From positions 45,196 through 109,195 of the forward strand of contig JANNIH010000013.1 in the NCBI GenBank assembly GCA_031404815.1: a DNA stretch of 64,000 nt, in the 5' to 3' direction. The stretch is from Holophagales bacterium. GTDB taxonomy: Bacteria; Acidobacteriota; Thermoanaerobaculia; Multivoradales; UBA5704. Below, piece by piece: positions 27,359 through 38,053 of the stretch; position 1 is the first letter of the stretch, and every line of letters begins with the position of its first letter. Under the pieces are notes generated by a model. That model had not been told where the DNA came from, searched no databases, and was given only the letters and a program-made list of their open reading frames with translations. Position numbers and translations under genes: made by a program.

Positions 27359-28429
27359 TCAGGCCACCGTCACCCCATCGCACAGATAGACATCCTGGAT
27401 CGCCCGCAGCAGCGCGGCGCCTTCGGCCATCGGGCGTTGGAATGCCTTGCGGCCGGAGATCAGGCCGCTGCCGGCGGCGCGTTTGTTGATCACCGCGGTG
27501 CGCACGGCCTGGGAGAGATCGGCGGCACCCTGGGACTCTCCCCCTGAGTTGATCAGGCCGATCCGGCCAAGGTAGCAATTCGCGACCTGCCAGCGGTTCC
27601 AGTCGATCGGATGATCTTCGACCAGCTCGCCGTAGATCTTCGGGCTGGTCTTGCCAAAGCCGATCGCCGGATAGCCGCCGTTGGTGGTCGCGAGCTTCTG
27701 CTTGATGATGTCGGCCTGGATCGTCACGCCGAGGTGGTTCGCCTGGCCGGTCAGGTCGGCGGCGGTGTGGTAGTCCTTCCCGTCTTTGAGTTTGAACGCG
27801 CTGTTCCGGGTGTAGCACCAGAGCACGGTCGCCAGGCCCAGCTCGTGCGCGTGCCGAAACGCTTCGGAAATCTCGACGATCTCGCGCGCGGCGTCGTCCG
27901 AGCCGAAGTAGATGGTGGCGCCGATCGCGGCGGCGCCCATCTCCCAGGCCTGTTCGACCGAGCCGAACAGGATCTGCTCCGCCTTGTTCGGGTAGGTCAG
28001 CAGCTCGTTGTGGTTGATCTTGGCGATGAACGGGATCTTGTGCGCGTACTTGCGCGCCACCGCACCGAGCACGCCGACCGTCGAGGCGACCGCGTTGCAG
28101 CCCCCTTCGATCGCGAGCTTGACGATATTTTCCGGCTCCATATAGATCGGATTCGGCGCGAATGACGCCGCCGCCGAGTGCTCGATCCCTTGATCGACCG
28201 GCAAGATCGACAGGTACCCGGTGTTGGCGAGCCGGCCGGTGCCATAGAGCCGGCCGAGGTTGACCAGCACCTGGGTCTTCCGGTCCGAAAGCGCGAACGC
28301 GCGGTCGAGGTGGTCGGGACCGGGCAGGGTCAGCATCTCTTTCGGGATGCCCTTACAGGTAAAGGAGAGGAGGTCGTCCGCGTCGGCGCCTAAGTGGCCC
28401 GCGATTCCATCGATCGTCTGCAAGCTCAT
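27359..28429 (-). CDS. fbaB: Class I fructose-bisphosphate aldolase (FbaB/DhnA-type).
   Basis: Near-collinear with E. coli FbaB by eye ([15 protein letters not shown]..., [18 protein letters not shown]..., [13 protein letters not shown]). Confidence 0.85.
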   Translation of the reverse strand: MSLQTIDGIAGHLGADADDLLSFTCKGIPKEMLTLPGPDHLDRAFALSDRKTQVLVNLGRLYGTGRLANTGYLSILPVDQGIEHSAAASFAPNPIYMEPENIVKLAIEGGCNAVASTVGVLGAVARKYAHKIPFIAKINHNELLTYPNKAEQILFGSVEQAWEMGAAAIGATIYFGSDDAAREIVEISEAFRHAHELGLATVLWCYTRNSAFKLKDGKDYHTAADLTGQANHLGVTIQADIIKQKLATTNGGYPAIGFGKTSPKIYGELVEDHPIDWNRWQVANCYLGRIGLINSGGESQGAADLSQAVRTAVINKRAAGSGLISGRKAFQRPMAEGAALLRAIQDVYLCDGVTVA

Positions 28430-28470
28430 GCGTCCCTCGTTCGAATAAGCGATCTCAGTTCCCGCGCATC

Positions 28471-29409
28471 CTACCGCGAGCCGGCCGGTGGCTCCACCGC
28501 CTGCCAGACGGCCTTGGAGACCGCCGCGATCGCCGCGTTGGCATCCTCCTCGCTGGGGTACCCTTCGGTGAGCACTACGAGGATGTACGGCTCTCGCCCC
28601 GCTGGGAAAATGATCGCCGCATCGTGGTGGACTCCGGTGATGTCGCCGGTCTTGTTCGCGACCCGCGTACCGGGGGGGAGCCCCGCGGGGATCTTCTCTT
28701 TGAACTCTTGGCCCTCGAGGATCTCGATCATCGCGGCGCTCGCGGCGGGCGAGACCGCCTTCCGCTCGGCGATCGCGCGGAGGATGACCGCGAGATCGTA
28801 GGCGGTCGTCGAGTTGATCAGGCCCGCGGCGAACGCCTTCTCGTCCTCCACTCCGCGCAGCACTTCGATGTCATTTGCCCCAAGCGCCCTCATCTCGGCG
28901 GTCACGCGCTGCGCACCGAGCAGCTCGATCAACAGGTTGGTCGACAGGTTCGAGCTGCGCTGGATCATCCGTCGCGCGAGCTCGGTCACCGGCCGGCTCT
29001 CCCCTACGGACAAGTAGAGCCCCGGATCGCCGTCCTCCCCCTGCTCCAGGGTGAACGGCGAGCCATCCACCAGGCTCTTGAACTCGTTGCGTACGGTGAC
29101 CGGTCGATCCAACGTCAACTCGCCCCGATCGATCGCCCGATAGAGTTCGACCAACACCGGCACCTTCATGGTGCTCGCCGCGTGGAAGCGGCGATGCTCG
29201 TCGCGCCCTGCCTCCTCCCCTGTGGCCAGGCCGTAAAACGATACCGCGGTGATCCCTAAAGCCCCGGCCAAGGCGCTCTCGATCGCGGCGGAGACCCCCG
29301 TCATCGGGGGGTTGGCCGCTTCTCCGGCGGGCCTCGATGCGGGCGGCCCGGTCGCAGTGCAGGCGGTGGCGAGCAGGATTCCTCCGAGCGACAGCAGGCG
29401 TCGCGTCAT
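28471..29409 (-). CDS. Class A beta-lactamase-family serine hydrolase with signal peptide (lipoprotein-like).
   Basis: STMK (SxxK) motif, an SDN-like segment, and KTG (ANKTGDITG). ATG at 29409 with RBS GGAGGG. Confidence 0.75.
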   Translation of the reverse strand: MTRRLLSLGGILLATACTATGPPASRPAGEAANPPMTGVSAAIESALAGALGITAVSFYGLATGEEAGRDEHRRFHAASTMKVPVLVELYRAIDRGELTLDRPVTVRNEFKSLVDGSPFTLEQGEDGDPGLYLSVGESRPVTELARRMIQRSSNLSTNLLIELLGAQRVTAEMRALGANDIEVLRGVEDEKAFAAGLINSTTAYDLAVILRAIAERKAVSPAASAAMIEILEGQEFKEKIPAGLPPGTRVANKTGDITGVHHDAAIIFPAGREPYILVVLTEGYPSEEDANAAIAAVSKAVWQAVEPPAGSR

Positions 29410-29519
29410 CTTTTGAGCCCTCCGGTGTCTGGCCGGACGATAACACCGTGAAGGCACCACCAAGCGGGTCCACTCACCCGCTCTCTTAAAGGTCGGCCTC
29501 TTCGCGGTAAAGTCCACCC

Positions 29520-30998
29520 ATGAAATCCAACGGCCACTCCTCTCGCGAGCGTCTGCAGTCGATCGCCCATCGCGTCATGCTCGAGCGCGGCCTTGAGCCG
29601 GACTTTCCCTCCGCGGCCCTTAACCAGGTCGCAATGTTGCGCGGTCCCGCGAATGCGGACGACACGGCGGGTGTCCGAGATCTGCGCGATCGGCTCTGGT
29701 GCTCGATCGACAACGACGATTCGCGCGACCTCGACCAGCTGACGGTCGGCGAGAAGCTCCCGGCGGGTGGCGTCCGCCTGCTGATCGCGATCGCCGACGT
29801 CGATGCCCTGGTACCGGCCGGCAGCCCGGTCGATCGGCATGCGTACGCCAACACCACCTCGGTCTATACCGCGGCGCGGATCTTTCCGATGCTGCCGGAG
29901 CGGCTTTCGACCGACCTCACCTCGTTGAACGAGGGGGAAGAGCGGCTCGCGGTGGTGGTTTCGATCGATCTCGACGCTCGGGGCAAGATCGGCGCCTCCG
30001 ACGTATACCGCGGCCGGGTGGAGAACCGCGCGAAACTCGCCTATGGCGCGGTCGCCGCCTGGCTCGAAGGGACCGGGCCGCTGCCGGAAGCCGCCGCCGC
30101 GGTGCCCGGTTTGCCTGAAAACTTGAAGCTGCAGGACCGGGCGACGCAACAGCTCCGCACGCTGCGGGCGGCAAGCGGCGCGCTGTCGCTCGAATCGATC
30201 GAAGCGCGGCCGGTGTTCGACCACGACCGTCTGCGCGACCTCGAAGCGCAGGAGAAGAACCGGGCCAAAGAGCTGATCGAGGACTGCATGATCGCGGCGA
30301 ACGGGGTCACCGCGCGCTTCTTGGACGGGCACGGCTATGCCTCGCTCCGCCGGGTGGTGCGGGTGCCGAAACGTTGGAGCCGGATTGTCGACCTGGCCCG
30401 AGGCTTCCGCGTCAAGCTGCCCGATGAACCCGACCACCGCGCGCTCTCCCGGTTTCTCGACGCCCGCCGAGAGGCCGATCTGGAGGGCTTTCCCGAGATC
30501 TCACTCTCCGTGGTCAAGCTGCTCGGCTCGGGCGAGTACGCGGTCGATCTGCCGGGCGAAGACCCTCCGGGCCACTTCGGTCTCGCGGTGCGCGACTACG
30601 CTCATTCGACCGCGCCGAACCGTCGCTTCCCCGACCTGATCACCCAACGGCTGCTGAAGGCCGCATTCCTGGGCGCTCCCTCACCCTACTCGGTACCCGA
30701 CCTCGAAGCGCTGGCGCGTCAATGCACGAAGAAAGAGGACGACGCGAGCAAAGTCGAGCGCCAGGTCCGCAAATCGGCTGCGGCTCTGCTCCTCTCCGAC
30801 CGAATCGGCCAGACGTTCGACGCGATCGTCACCGGTGCCTCGGAAAAAGGCACTTGGGTGCGCGTCTTCCATCCTCCGGTCGAAGGGCGGCTGGAGCGCG
30901 GCCATGAGGGTCTGGATGTCGGCGACCGTCTGCGCGTCCGCCTGCTCGACACCGATGTCGAGAGGGGATTCATCGATTTCGCGAGAATCGACGGCTGA
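29520..30998 (+). CDS. RNB-domain 3'-5' exoribonuclease (RNase II/R family, short form).
   Basis: RNB catalytic-region motifs (DLD...DDAL-like, VYTAARIFPMLP) and a C-terminal S1-like domain. Confidence 0.7.
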   Translation: MKSNGHSSRERLQSIAHRVMLERGLEPDFPSAALNQVAMLRGPANADDTAGVRDLRDRLWCSIDNDDSRDLDQLTVGEKLPAGGVRLLIAIADVDALVPAGSPVDRHAYANTTSVYTAARIFPMLPERLSTDLTSLNEGEERLAVVVSIDLDARGKIGASDVYRGRVENRAKLAYGAVAAWLEGTGPLPEAAAAVPGLPENLKLQDRATQQLRTLRAASGALSLESIEARPVFDHDRLRDLEAQEKNRAKELIEDCMIAANGVTARFLDGHGYASLRRVVRVPKRWSRIVDLARGFRVKLPDEPDHRALSRFLDARREADLEGFPEISLSVVKLLGSGEYAVDLPGEDPPGHFGLAVRDYAHSTAPNRRFPDLITQRLLKAAFLGAPSPYSVPDLEALARQCTKKEDDASKVERQVRKSAAALLLSDRIGQTFDAIVTGASEKGTWVRVFHPPVEGRLERGHEGLDVGDRLRVRLLDTDVERGFIDFARIDG

Positions 30999-31061
30999 AC
31001 CGGGAGGACCGGGACGCCCCCTTGCCGGGTAGACCGGAAGGGGGCAAGAGGACTGCGATTT

Positions 31062-31622
31062 TTACGCCGCGCCGCGCGACTTGACCGGTAGTTTGACCGG
31101 TAGTTTGACCGGATAACCGAGCGCGAGCAGCTGCTCGCAAAGCACCATCTGACAACGACCGACCACCTTGCGGATGCTCGACGGGCGGTAGTCGAGCTGG
31201 GCTGCGACCTCTCCCGGGCGCATGCCCATGCCGTAGCGGAGGCGGAGCAGGTCGCGACAGCGCGGCGAGAGCTGGTCGAGAGCCCGGGCGAGATCACGGC
31301 GGAGGGCTATTTTCTCTTGCGCCGGGGCTTGCGGCTCGGCCAGCAGGTCGAGGATCGCCGCATCGACCGACTCGGCGAGCTGACGGCGGGCACCGCGCCA
31401 ATGCATCACGCAGCGCCACTTGAGGGTTCCGATCAACCAGGCTTCGGGGCACTCGACCTCGTCCCAGCGTTGCAGCAGGATGACCAGCGAATCTTGAATC
31501 AGATCCTCGGCGTCTTGGGCCGAGACGCGATAGCGGCGCAACACCCGTTCGATCTTCGGGCGCAGCGAAGGGAGCAGATCGGCAAAGGAGTCCGCGTAGA
31601 GGGTTCTGGCGAGCGGTGTCAT
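31062..31622 (-). CDS. ECF sigma-70 factor. The C-terminus carries PVKLPVKLPVK, encoded by a 12-nt tandem repeat at 31070-31105.
   Basis: Sigma-2 region (DLIQDSLVILLQRW) and sigma-4 HTH. Confidence 0.7.
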   Translation of the reverse strand: MTPLARTLYADSFADLLPSLRPKIERVLRRYRVSAQDAEDLIQDSLVILLQRWDEVECPEAWLIGTLKWRCVMHWRGARRQLAESVDAAILDLLAEPQAPAQEKIALRRDLARALDQLSPRCRDLLRLRYGMGMRPGEVAAQLDYRPSSIRKVVGRCQMVLCEQLLALGYPVKLPVKLPVKSRGAA

Positions 31623-32087
31623 GCGAGGTCGGTTCCTCCGAGCTTTCGGTTCAAGGCCTTACGGCCCGGGAGGGAGCGCCACCGGCAGGCTTTTACAGTG
31701 CAGCAAAGTCTCGAGCGTCGAAGGGTTCGCCAACGCGTTCTCCCGGCGACGTACCCAGAGAACGTGGGGTCTGCCAAGCCTTGTCTTCACTGGTGGAAGC
31801 CTTGTGCTGCGGAGCGTACTCCAGATGACCGAGAGGCGACAATCTACGATCGTTTCGGGGCGACCCGATGAACCGCTTTCTGTCGGCCTCCGCGCGGGGA
31901 GACCCGGGCTTTCACCCGGGGTTCGAAGCCCCGTCTTTGACCCCCGGTGTCCTGGCCGGAAAGCCGAAGCGGAACGGACCTGCGCAGTCTACTCCAAAAA
32001 ATTGGCGATCAACCCTGTCAATTTTTGACCAGTGACCGCGAAACGACGCGCGATGAAATCCTCACCCCCCTGATATTCTTCCCCACC

Positions 32088-33272
32088 ATGCTGCGACGCC
32101 TCTCCCTCACCACCGCCGGCGAGAGCCATGGCCCAGGCCTGACCGCGATCCTCACCGGTCTGCCTGCCGGGCTGCCGATCGATTTCGACCTGCTCGCCCG
32201 CGATCTGGCGCGGCGGCAGCACGGCTTCGGCCGCGGGCGCCGGATGGCGATCGAGCACGATCGCGCCGAGCTTCGCGCCGGGGTGCGCGGCGGCGAGACG
32301 ATCGGCGGCCCGGTCGCCCTCTGGATCGAGAACCGCGATTGGGTGAACTGGCAGCAGGTGATGGGCATCGAGGCGGTCGATCCGCACCGGGCCGAGCTGC
32401 GGCGGATCAAAAGCCCGCGCCCCGGTCATGTCGATCTTCCCGGTGGCCAGAAATATGACCGCCGCGATCTGCGCGACGTGCTCGAACGGGCGTCCGCGCG
32501 CGAGACCGCCGCCCGGGTCGCGGCCGGTGCCCTGGCCAAGATGCTGCTCGGCGCGCTCGGGATCGAGATCCGTAGCGGCGTCCGCTCGTTGGGGCCGATC
32601 GGCACCGATCGGGCAACCCCCGATTGGGAAGATCTGCTCGGGGTGGACGACAGCTCGCCCTTGCGCGCGATCGACCGGGCGCTCGAACCCGAGATGATCC
32701 GGCTGGTCGAGGAGGCCAAGGACCTTGGGGAGACGCTGGGCGGCGCGGTCACCGTGATCGCCCGCGGCGTGCCGGTAGGCCTCGGTTCCTACGTGCAGTG
32801 GAGCGACAAGCTCGACGGTCGGCTGGCCCAGGCGGTGCTCTCGGTCCACGCGATCAAAGCGGTCGAGATCGGCGGCGGGATCGAGGCGAGCCGCGGCTTC
32901 GGCAGCACCGCCCACGATCCGATCGAGATCGAAAACGGGAGGTTCGTCCGCCCGACCAATCGCGCCGGCGGCCTGGAAGGGGGGGTCACCAACGGCGAGG
33001 ACGTGGTGATCACGGCCTACAAGAAACCGATTGCGACGCTACGCAAAGGGCTCCCTTCGGTCGATCTCGACACCCTGGAAGCGGCGCCCTCCCAATACGA
33101 GCGGAGCGATGTGACCGCGCTCCCGGCGGCCGGCGTGATCGTCGAGGCGATGGTCGCCCTGGTCCTCGCCGACGCGCTACTCGAGAAGCTCGGCGGCGAC
33201 TCGCTCGCCGAGGTCAAAGCCCACGCCCTAGCCACTAGAGCCCTCCAGGAACGTTGGTCGAACCGCAGTTGA
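32088..33272 (+). CDS. aroC: Chorismate synthase.
   Basis: MLRRLSLTTAGESHGPGLTAILTGLPAGL..., GRSSARETAARVAAGA and the G-rich C-terminal half are typical of AroC. Confidence 0.85.
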   Translation: MLRRLSLTTAGESHGPGLTAILTGLPAGLPIDFDLLARDLARRQHGFGRGRRMAIEHDRAELRAGVRGGETIGGPVALWIENRDWVNWQQVMGIEAVDPHRAELRRIKSPRPGHVDLPGGQKYDRRDLRDVLERASARETAARVAAGALAKMLLGALGIEIRSGVRSLGPIGTDRATPDWEDLLGVDDSSPLRAIDRALEPEMIRLVEEAKDLGETLGGAVTVIARGVPVGLGSYVQWSDKLDGRLAQAVLSVHAIKAVEIGGGIEASRGFGSTAHDPIEIENGRFVRPTNRAGGLEGGVTNGEDVVITAYKKPIATLRKGLPSVDLDTLEAAPSQYERSDVTALPAAGVIVEAMVALVLADALLEKLGGDSLAEVKAHALATRALQERWSNRS

Positions 33273-33311
33273 ACGGGTGCTCCTGCACTCAACCGGCCCG
33301 GGCGCGTATAC

Positions 33312-33746
33312 TTGGCCCCACCGAACCCACCGACCAGGGGTGGGCGGAGACACCGAAAGGAGACGATCATCAGCGCGAGAGTGTTCGTCGGCAATCTCAG
33401 TGACTACACGACACAGGGCGATCTTCAGACGCTGTTTGCCGAGGCCGGCGAGGTGGTCGAGGTCTTCCTGCCCACCGACCGCGCCACCGGCCGGCCGCGC
33501 GGATTCGCCTTCATCGAGTTCGGCGACGACGGCCAAGCGGCCGCGGCGATCGAAAAGTTCGAAGGGCACGAGCTGGAAGGGCGCAAGATTCGGGTGACCG
33601 AGGCCGAAGATCGGCGCAGCGGACCTCCCTCCGGATTCTCCGGAGGAGGGGGTGGCGGCGGCGGATTTGGTCCCCCCGCAGCCAAGAATCGCCCCAAGCC
33701 TAAGGGCAGCCGGCGCAACCTCCGCGGTCGCAAGCGGAGTCTCTAG
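33312..33746 (+). CDS. RRM-type RNA-binding protein with Gly-rich tail. The true start is probably near 33378, a non-ATG codon after RBS AAAGGAGA.
   Basis: RNP-2 VFVGNL and RNP-1 RGFAFIEF motifs. GGGGGGGG tail. Confidence 0.65.
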   Translation: MAPPNPPTRGGRRHRKETIISARVFVGNLSDYTTQGDLQTLFAEAGEVVEVFLPTDRATGRPRGFAFIEFGDDGQAAAAIEKFEGHELEGRKIRVTEAEDRRSGPPSGFSGGGGGGGGFGPPAAKNRPKPKGSRRNLRGRKRSL

Positions 33747-33823
33747 GGCGAAGGGGTAGGCAAGCGAACGGAGCGGGCCTCTGAACCCCGCTCCGCCGCG
33801 AGCATCTTCCTCTCCGCCGGACG

Positions 33824-34708
33824 TCAGCGGGTGCCCGCGAGCCGCAGCAGCGTCCCCAGCGTGTACAAAACGCCGGCCGCTCCGGCCGCGAGCGCCACCA
33901 CCAGCACCTGAAGCAACCAGAGAATCGCCGTCGCCCCCGCCCAGACGGCGAGCCAGACCGCAAGCCAGAGGGCACCGAGCACGGCGAGCGGACTCAAGAG
34001 AACGAACCCGAGCGACACCGCCGGGCGCTTCCCGGGAGTCTGCCACCCACGTCTCAGGGCAGCCACCAGACGGCCGAACCACCTGAGCCCGGCGCTTGCC
34101 CAAGCCTTCCGCCAGTACGCCAGGCCGCTCGCCTCGACCACCAGCTCCGCCACGCCGAAAAGGCTCGCAGGGTCCGGCGGATGCTCTTCCCCTCCAGAAC
34201 AGGAACGGCAGTGCATCTCGAACCGGCTCGCCCTCTTCCCGGCCTGCACGTATGCGTCGGTTTCGAGCGGATGCCCTTCGTAGAGAAACCGATTCGCCGC
34301 CGCACAAGCCAGATAGAGAATCGGAAACGGGCGCACCAAGCCGAGCCCCCAACCGCCGAGCGCGTCTTGGATCTGCAGCGCATGAAACGCCTCGTGAACC
34401 AGCAGGCCGAGCCCGTGCACCGTGTCCGGTCGAAACGATCCGCGGCGTACAAAGATCGAGACGTTCCGCACCCCGAACGTCGCGGGCAGGGTGATCGCCT
34501 GGTACGGCCCCATTTTAAGCAGGTGAGGCATGCCGAGGTGAAAAGTCACGCGCGCCAGATCGAGCCGTGGATAGACCTCCCGAAGCACCGCGAGCAGTTC
34601 GGAACTCGCCGCCACCCGCGGCGGAAACGTCCAACGCCAGACCGCGCGCGCAGCGACAAGCAGCCGCTCGCCGAGGGGTGGGCGAAGACGCGCGCGGGTT
34701 CTCGACAC
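33824..34708 (-). CDS. DUF4157 (HExxH, eCIS-associated-type domain) protein with C-terminal TM helices.
   Basis: ...VTFHLG...YQAITLPATFGVRNVSIFVRRGSFRPDTVHGLGLLVHEAFHALQ matches the DUF4157 core (LLAHELTHVVQ-type). Last gene of the KS-halogenase operon. Confidence 0.5.
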   Translation of the reverse strand: MSRTRARLRPPLGERLLVAARAVWRWTFPPRVAASSELLAVLREVYPRLDLARVTFHLGMPHLLKMGPYQAITLPATFGVRNVSIFVRRGSFRPDTVHGLGLLVHEAFHALQIQDALGGWGLGLVRPFPILYLACAAANRFLYEGHPLETDAYVQAGKRASRFEMHCRSCSGGEEHPPDPASLFGVAELVVEASGLAYWRKAWASAGLRWFGRLVAALRRGWQTPGKRPAVSLGFVLLSPLAVLGALWLAVWLAVWAGATAILWLLQVLVVALAAGAAGVLYTLGTLLRLAGTR

Positions 34709-34757
34709 GTGCGCGACGATATCGTACGGCGTGAATCAGAGCCGGGGAAAACCCTCC

Positions 34758-36185
34758 CTACGCCTCCGGCACGAACGTAGCGTGGAAGCAGAGGTGCTGC
34801 GCTTCCGGAAACCGCACCCGCGCGCGCGGGCCGGCGGCGACGTTCCAGGCGTCGAAGAGCGCGAGATCCGTGGTACCCCGGGCGGCGTCGAACAGCGGGC
34901 AGAGGAGGACCCCCTCTTTCTCCCGGTCGGGATCGGGGACCACCACCGGCTCGGCGGCCGGGTAGACCCCGGCGGGCGCGGTCCAGAGATCGCGCGGCCC
35001 ACCCGTTTCAGTCCAATCGAGATGGACGAGCTGATCGAAAAATTTCCGCCCTTTCCTGCCGGTGGTCGAAACACCGAGCACCCAGACGTCGTCGATCGGC
35101 CGGGCGAAGCGGCGCGGGTCGATCGCCGGAAAATCGGGCGCTCCTTCGTAGGATGAGGCCCGGCGTTCGACCACGGCGCCCCAACCGAGATCGACGCTTA
35201 GGCGGACCAGGCGACCGGGCGAAACATCGACGAACAGATCGGGGAGCGGTTGATACTGATCGTAGACCGGCCGGTCGAGCTCGATCAGATCGAGAGTCAG
35301 TCGATCGCCCTGGTCCCAGGCGTTCGCGAGATGCAGACAATAGCCGCCATCGAGCGGGATCGTCATCACGCCCTCCCCAGTCGCCCGCTCGACCACCACG
35401 AGCCGGCTCCCCAGCTCTTCGCGCCAGACCAGGCAATCCTGGAGCGACTTAGGCCCCGCGAGCAGCGGCGCGATCTCGATCACGTAGGGCGACAGGTGAA
35501 AGATGCAGAAGCGCTCCGAGACCGCGAAATCGTGGAGCACCGCGGGTCGGTCGATCGGGATCCGACGGCGCAGCGCGAGCGCGCCGTCCGCGCCGAAGCG
35601 ATAGAGCGTGACACTCGGTTGCGCCCCGGCGAACGAAGCGCCGAAATGGATCAGCTCTCCCGTGTGCGGATCGAGCTTCGGATGGGCGGCGAGCGGCGAC
35701 AGCGCGTTCAGCCTGCCGCCAAACGTGTACTCGCCCCGAGTCTTAAGCGTTTCGGGATCGAGGTCGTAGGGCAGCCCCTGCTCGCCGCTCGCGAGCAGCC
35801 GGCCCTGCCAAGGAATGACGCTCACGTTGGCGGGTGAAGCGAGCGCCACGCCGCGGATCAGACCGTCGCCGGGAAACGCGGTGCCGAAGGCCCGGTAGAT
35901 CGCGCGCCCTGCCGCCACCTCCTCGCGCCGCTTGGCGGTCGCGACGTGGCGCGCGGTCGCCCGCGGCGCCGCCCCCCCCTCGAACCGGACCGAGACGACG
36001 CGGCCGTCGCCGTCGAGCCAATGGCGATACGAGAGATCGGCACGGCCGAAGCTCGCCGGCCCGTTTGCGATCCAACAGCCCGAGAGGTAGCCGGGCAGCT
36101 CCCCAGCCACTTCGAGCTCGACCGCATCTATCTCCCCCGGCTCGGTCGCGAAAGCCGTTTCGATCCCCGGGGCAAAGTCGTTCAT
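34758..36185 (-). CDS. Carotenoid/stilbene cleavage oxygenase (RPE65/CCO family).
   Basis: CCO-family layout with conserved His-containing blades (HWLDGDG, FHLSPYV, CLHLANAW...). Start MNDFAPGIETAF. Confidence 0.7.
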   Translation of the reverse strand: MNDFAPGIETAFATEPGEIDAVELEVAGELPGYLSGCWIANGPASFGRADLSYRHWLDGDGRVVSVRFEGGAAPRATARHVATAKRREEVAAGRAIYRAFGTAFPGDGLIRGVALASPANVSVIPWQGRLLASGEQGLPYDLDPETLKTRGEYTFGGRLNALSPLAAHPKLDPHTGELIHFGASFAGAQPSVTLYRFGADGALALRRRIPIDRPAVLHDFAVSERFCIFHLSPYVIEIAPLLAGPKSLQDCLVWREELGSRLVVVERATGEGVMTIPLDGGYCLHLANAWDQGDRLTLDLIELDRPVYDQYQPLPDLFVDVSPGRLVRLSVDLGWGAVVERRASSYEGAPDFPAIDPRRFARPIDDVWVLGVSTTGRKGRKFFDQLVHLDWTETGGPRDLWTAPAGVYPAAEPVVVPDPDREKEGVLLCPLFDAARGTTDLALFDAWNVAAGPRARVRFPEAQHLCFHATFVPEA

Positions 36186-36204
36186 CGGGAACGTTCCCTC
36201 CGCC

Positions 36205-38001
36205 TCAAGCGACCGCGAGAGCCGGGACAGGCTCCAGCGTCGGTTCGGGCACCGCGGAGCGGCTCGACACAGGGCTTGGCGCACCGAGCGCCCGGCGGAG
36301 AATCATCGGATCGAAGCCCCACTCCATCTCTCCGGGAATCGCGCGCGCCTCGTCCCAGGCCGCTCCGAGCGCCACCGGATCGAAACGGAGATGTTCGAGG
36401 TCGATCCGCTCCACGAACGCGCGGCTCGAGAAGACCTCTGCGGTGCCGAGCACCGTCGAGGCCACTTGGGCCACCGTGTAGCGCGCCTGGATCTCAAGCG
36501 ATGAGAGCGCCCGGTCGAGCACGCCGCGCGCCTCGACCGGGTGGAGGCCGATCTTGTAGAACGACTGCTCCGCTTCGCGCAAGGGCCCGATCGACGGAAA
36601 GTCGAAGAAGATCGGCGCCCTGGGCGCAGGCAGACCCGCGGTCAATTTCCAGCGCTGGAACTCGGCGAGGAAGGTCTGCAACCCCAGATTCCACGGCCCG
36701 AGCTTGGCGAACCGGCGCAGAAACGAGGGGAGGAAGATCGGGTCGGTGAACAGGTCGTTGATGAACGGAAAGACATAGAAATTGAAGTAGATCGACAGCT
36801 CCCATGCGTAGCGGAGGGTGAACGCCTCCTGGTCACCGAGCGTGTTGTACGACAGCAGGTAGCTCGGCACGTACGCCTCGTAGAGACCGCGGGCGAGCGT
36901 TTCGTACAAGCGCACCTTGGTCGCGAGCAGCCCACCATCTGTGGTGCGGATCGCGTCGGTGATCAACGTGTTGTGGACCGCGATCAGGTCGCCCCCCGGG
37001 CTGTAGAGCGGATCGGAGAATCGGCACGCCTCGCCGGTGAGCGCCCACCGCTCGTTCGACAAGGTCTGCCGGCAGTCGTGGGCGAAGCTCACGAAACCGG
37101 AACCGTCGAAGATCTTCCGTTGCGGCAGGTCGCGGGCGAAGAGCGGAAACTCACGGCAGATCCAGGCCACCAGCTTCTCCGGGCTGGACACCTCGGCGCG
37201 GTGGATCTTTTGGGAGTCGTAGACCAAGCCGAGGCTGGTCTTGCCGTGCAGCGGGATGACCCAGAACCAGAAACCGTCGCCGCAGAAGTGGTTGGTGGCC
37301 AAGAAGGTCGGCATGTGGCCGAGCGCCGCGCGGTCCGGGCGCTTGCGGATCTCTCCCGCCGACAGATCGGTGAGCTTCTCAGGATCGAGCAACCCTTCGA
37401 CCCAGAAGAACGAGGTGCCATGGCGGATCGGGCTCTCGGCCAGCAGGCCGAGCTTCTTGGCCAGGAAGCGCCGACGCCCCGACGCATCGACCACCCAGCG
37501 CGCTCGTCCCTCGACCCGCTCGCCGTCGGCCGCGGTGTAGCTGAACTCGTGGCGCGCGTCGCCGGCCCCCATTTCGACTTCCAGCCCCGAGATCGGAGCG
37601 GCCAGGGTGAAGCGCGGATCGGCCGCATTCACCCGCAGCAACTCGGCCTCCAGGAGGTTCCGGTCGAGCTGGTAGGTCGCGATGTTCGAGACCGATTTGA
37701 TGTACGACTGGCTGTACCCCTCAGCGCGATCTTCGAGGCCCGGCACTTTCCACCAGAAGCGGAGGTTGTACTTCAAGTAGTGCTGCCGCAGCAGATGCTC
37801 TTCCAACTCGAGCACGCGCGAAAAGTAATAGCCGGAGACCTGCACCGTCGCCTCGCCCACCTTCTGCTTCTCGGGCGGCACCGCTCGACGATCGACCAGG
37901 TGGACCGAAGGGACGCCTTCTAGCAACAGCTGGCGAGCGAGCGACAGGCCGGCGAGACCGGCCCCGACGATCAGGACGTCGCAGTCGAGGGTTCGTGTCA
38001 T
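36205..38001 (-). CDS. Flavin-dependent halogenase (tryptophan-halogenase family).
   Basis: GAGLAGLSLA FAD fold plus the diagnostic GDGFWFWVIP (WxWxIP) motif. Confidence 0.75.
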   Translation of the reverse strand: MTRTLDCDVLIVGAGLAGLSLARQLLLEGVPSVHLVDRRAVPPEKQKVGEATVQVSGYYFSRVLELEEHLLRQHYLKYNLRFWWKVPGLEDRAEGYSQSYIKSVSNIATYQLDRNLLEAELLRVNAADPRFTLAAPISGLEVEMGAGDARHEFSYTAADGERVEGRARWVVDASGRRRFLAKKLGLLAESPIRHGTSFFWVEGLLDPEKLTDLSAGEIRKRPDRAALGHMPTFLATNHFCGDGFWFWVIPLHGKTSLGLVYDSQKIHRAEVSSPEKLVAWICREFPLFARDLPQRKIFDGSGFVSFAHDCRQTLSNERWALTGEACRFSDPLYSPGGDLIAVHNTLITDAIRTTDGGLLATKVRLYETLARGLYEAYVPSYLLSYNTLGDQEAFTLRYAWELSIYFNFYVFPFINDLFTDPIFLPSFLRRFAKLGPWNLGLQTFLAEFQRWKLTAGLPAPRAPIFFDFPSIGPLREAEQSFYKIGLHPVEARGVLDRALSSLEIQARYTVAQVASTVLGTAEVFSSRAFVERIDLEHLRFDPVALGAAWDEARAIPGEMEWGFDPMILRRALGAPSPVSSRSAVPEPTLEPVPALAVA

Positions 38002-38053
38002 GGCGGTCCCTTTCTGCTCGAACCCCTTGAGGAGGAGTCCGAGGGCAAGTTCG

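Noticed and set aside
31900-31950. tRNA or tmRNA gene suggested by GGGGTTCGAAGCCCC.
   Set aside because: I could not build an acceptor stem or anticodon arm (or a tmRNA 5' partner) by hand. Only the T-arm-like hairpin is present. Left as a low-confidence ncRNA candidate.
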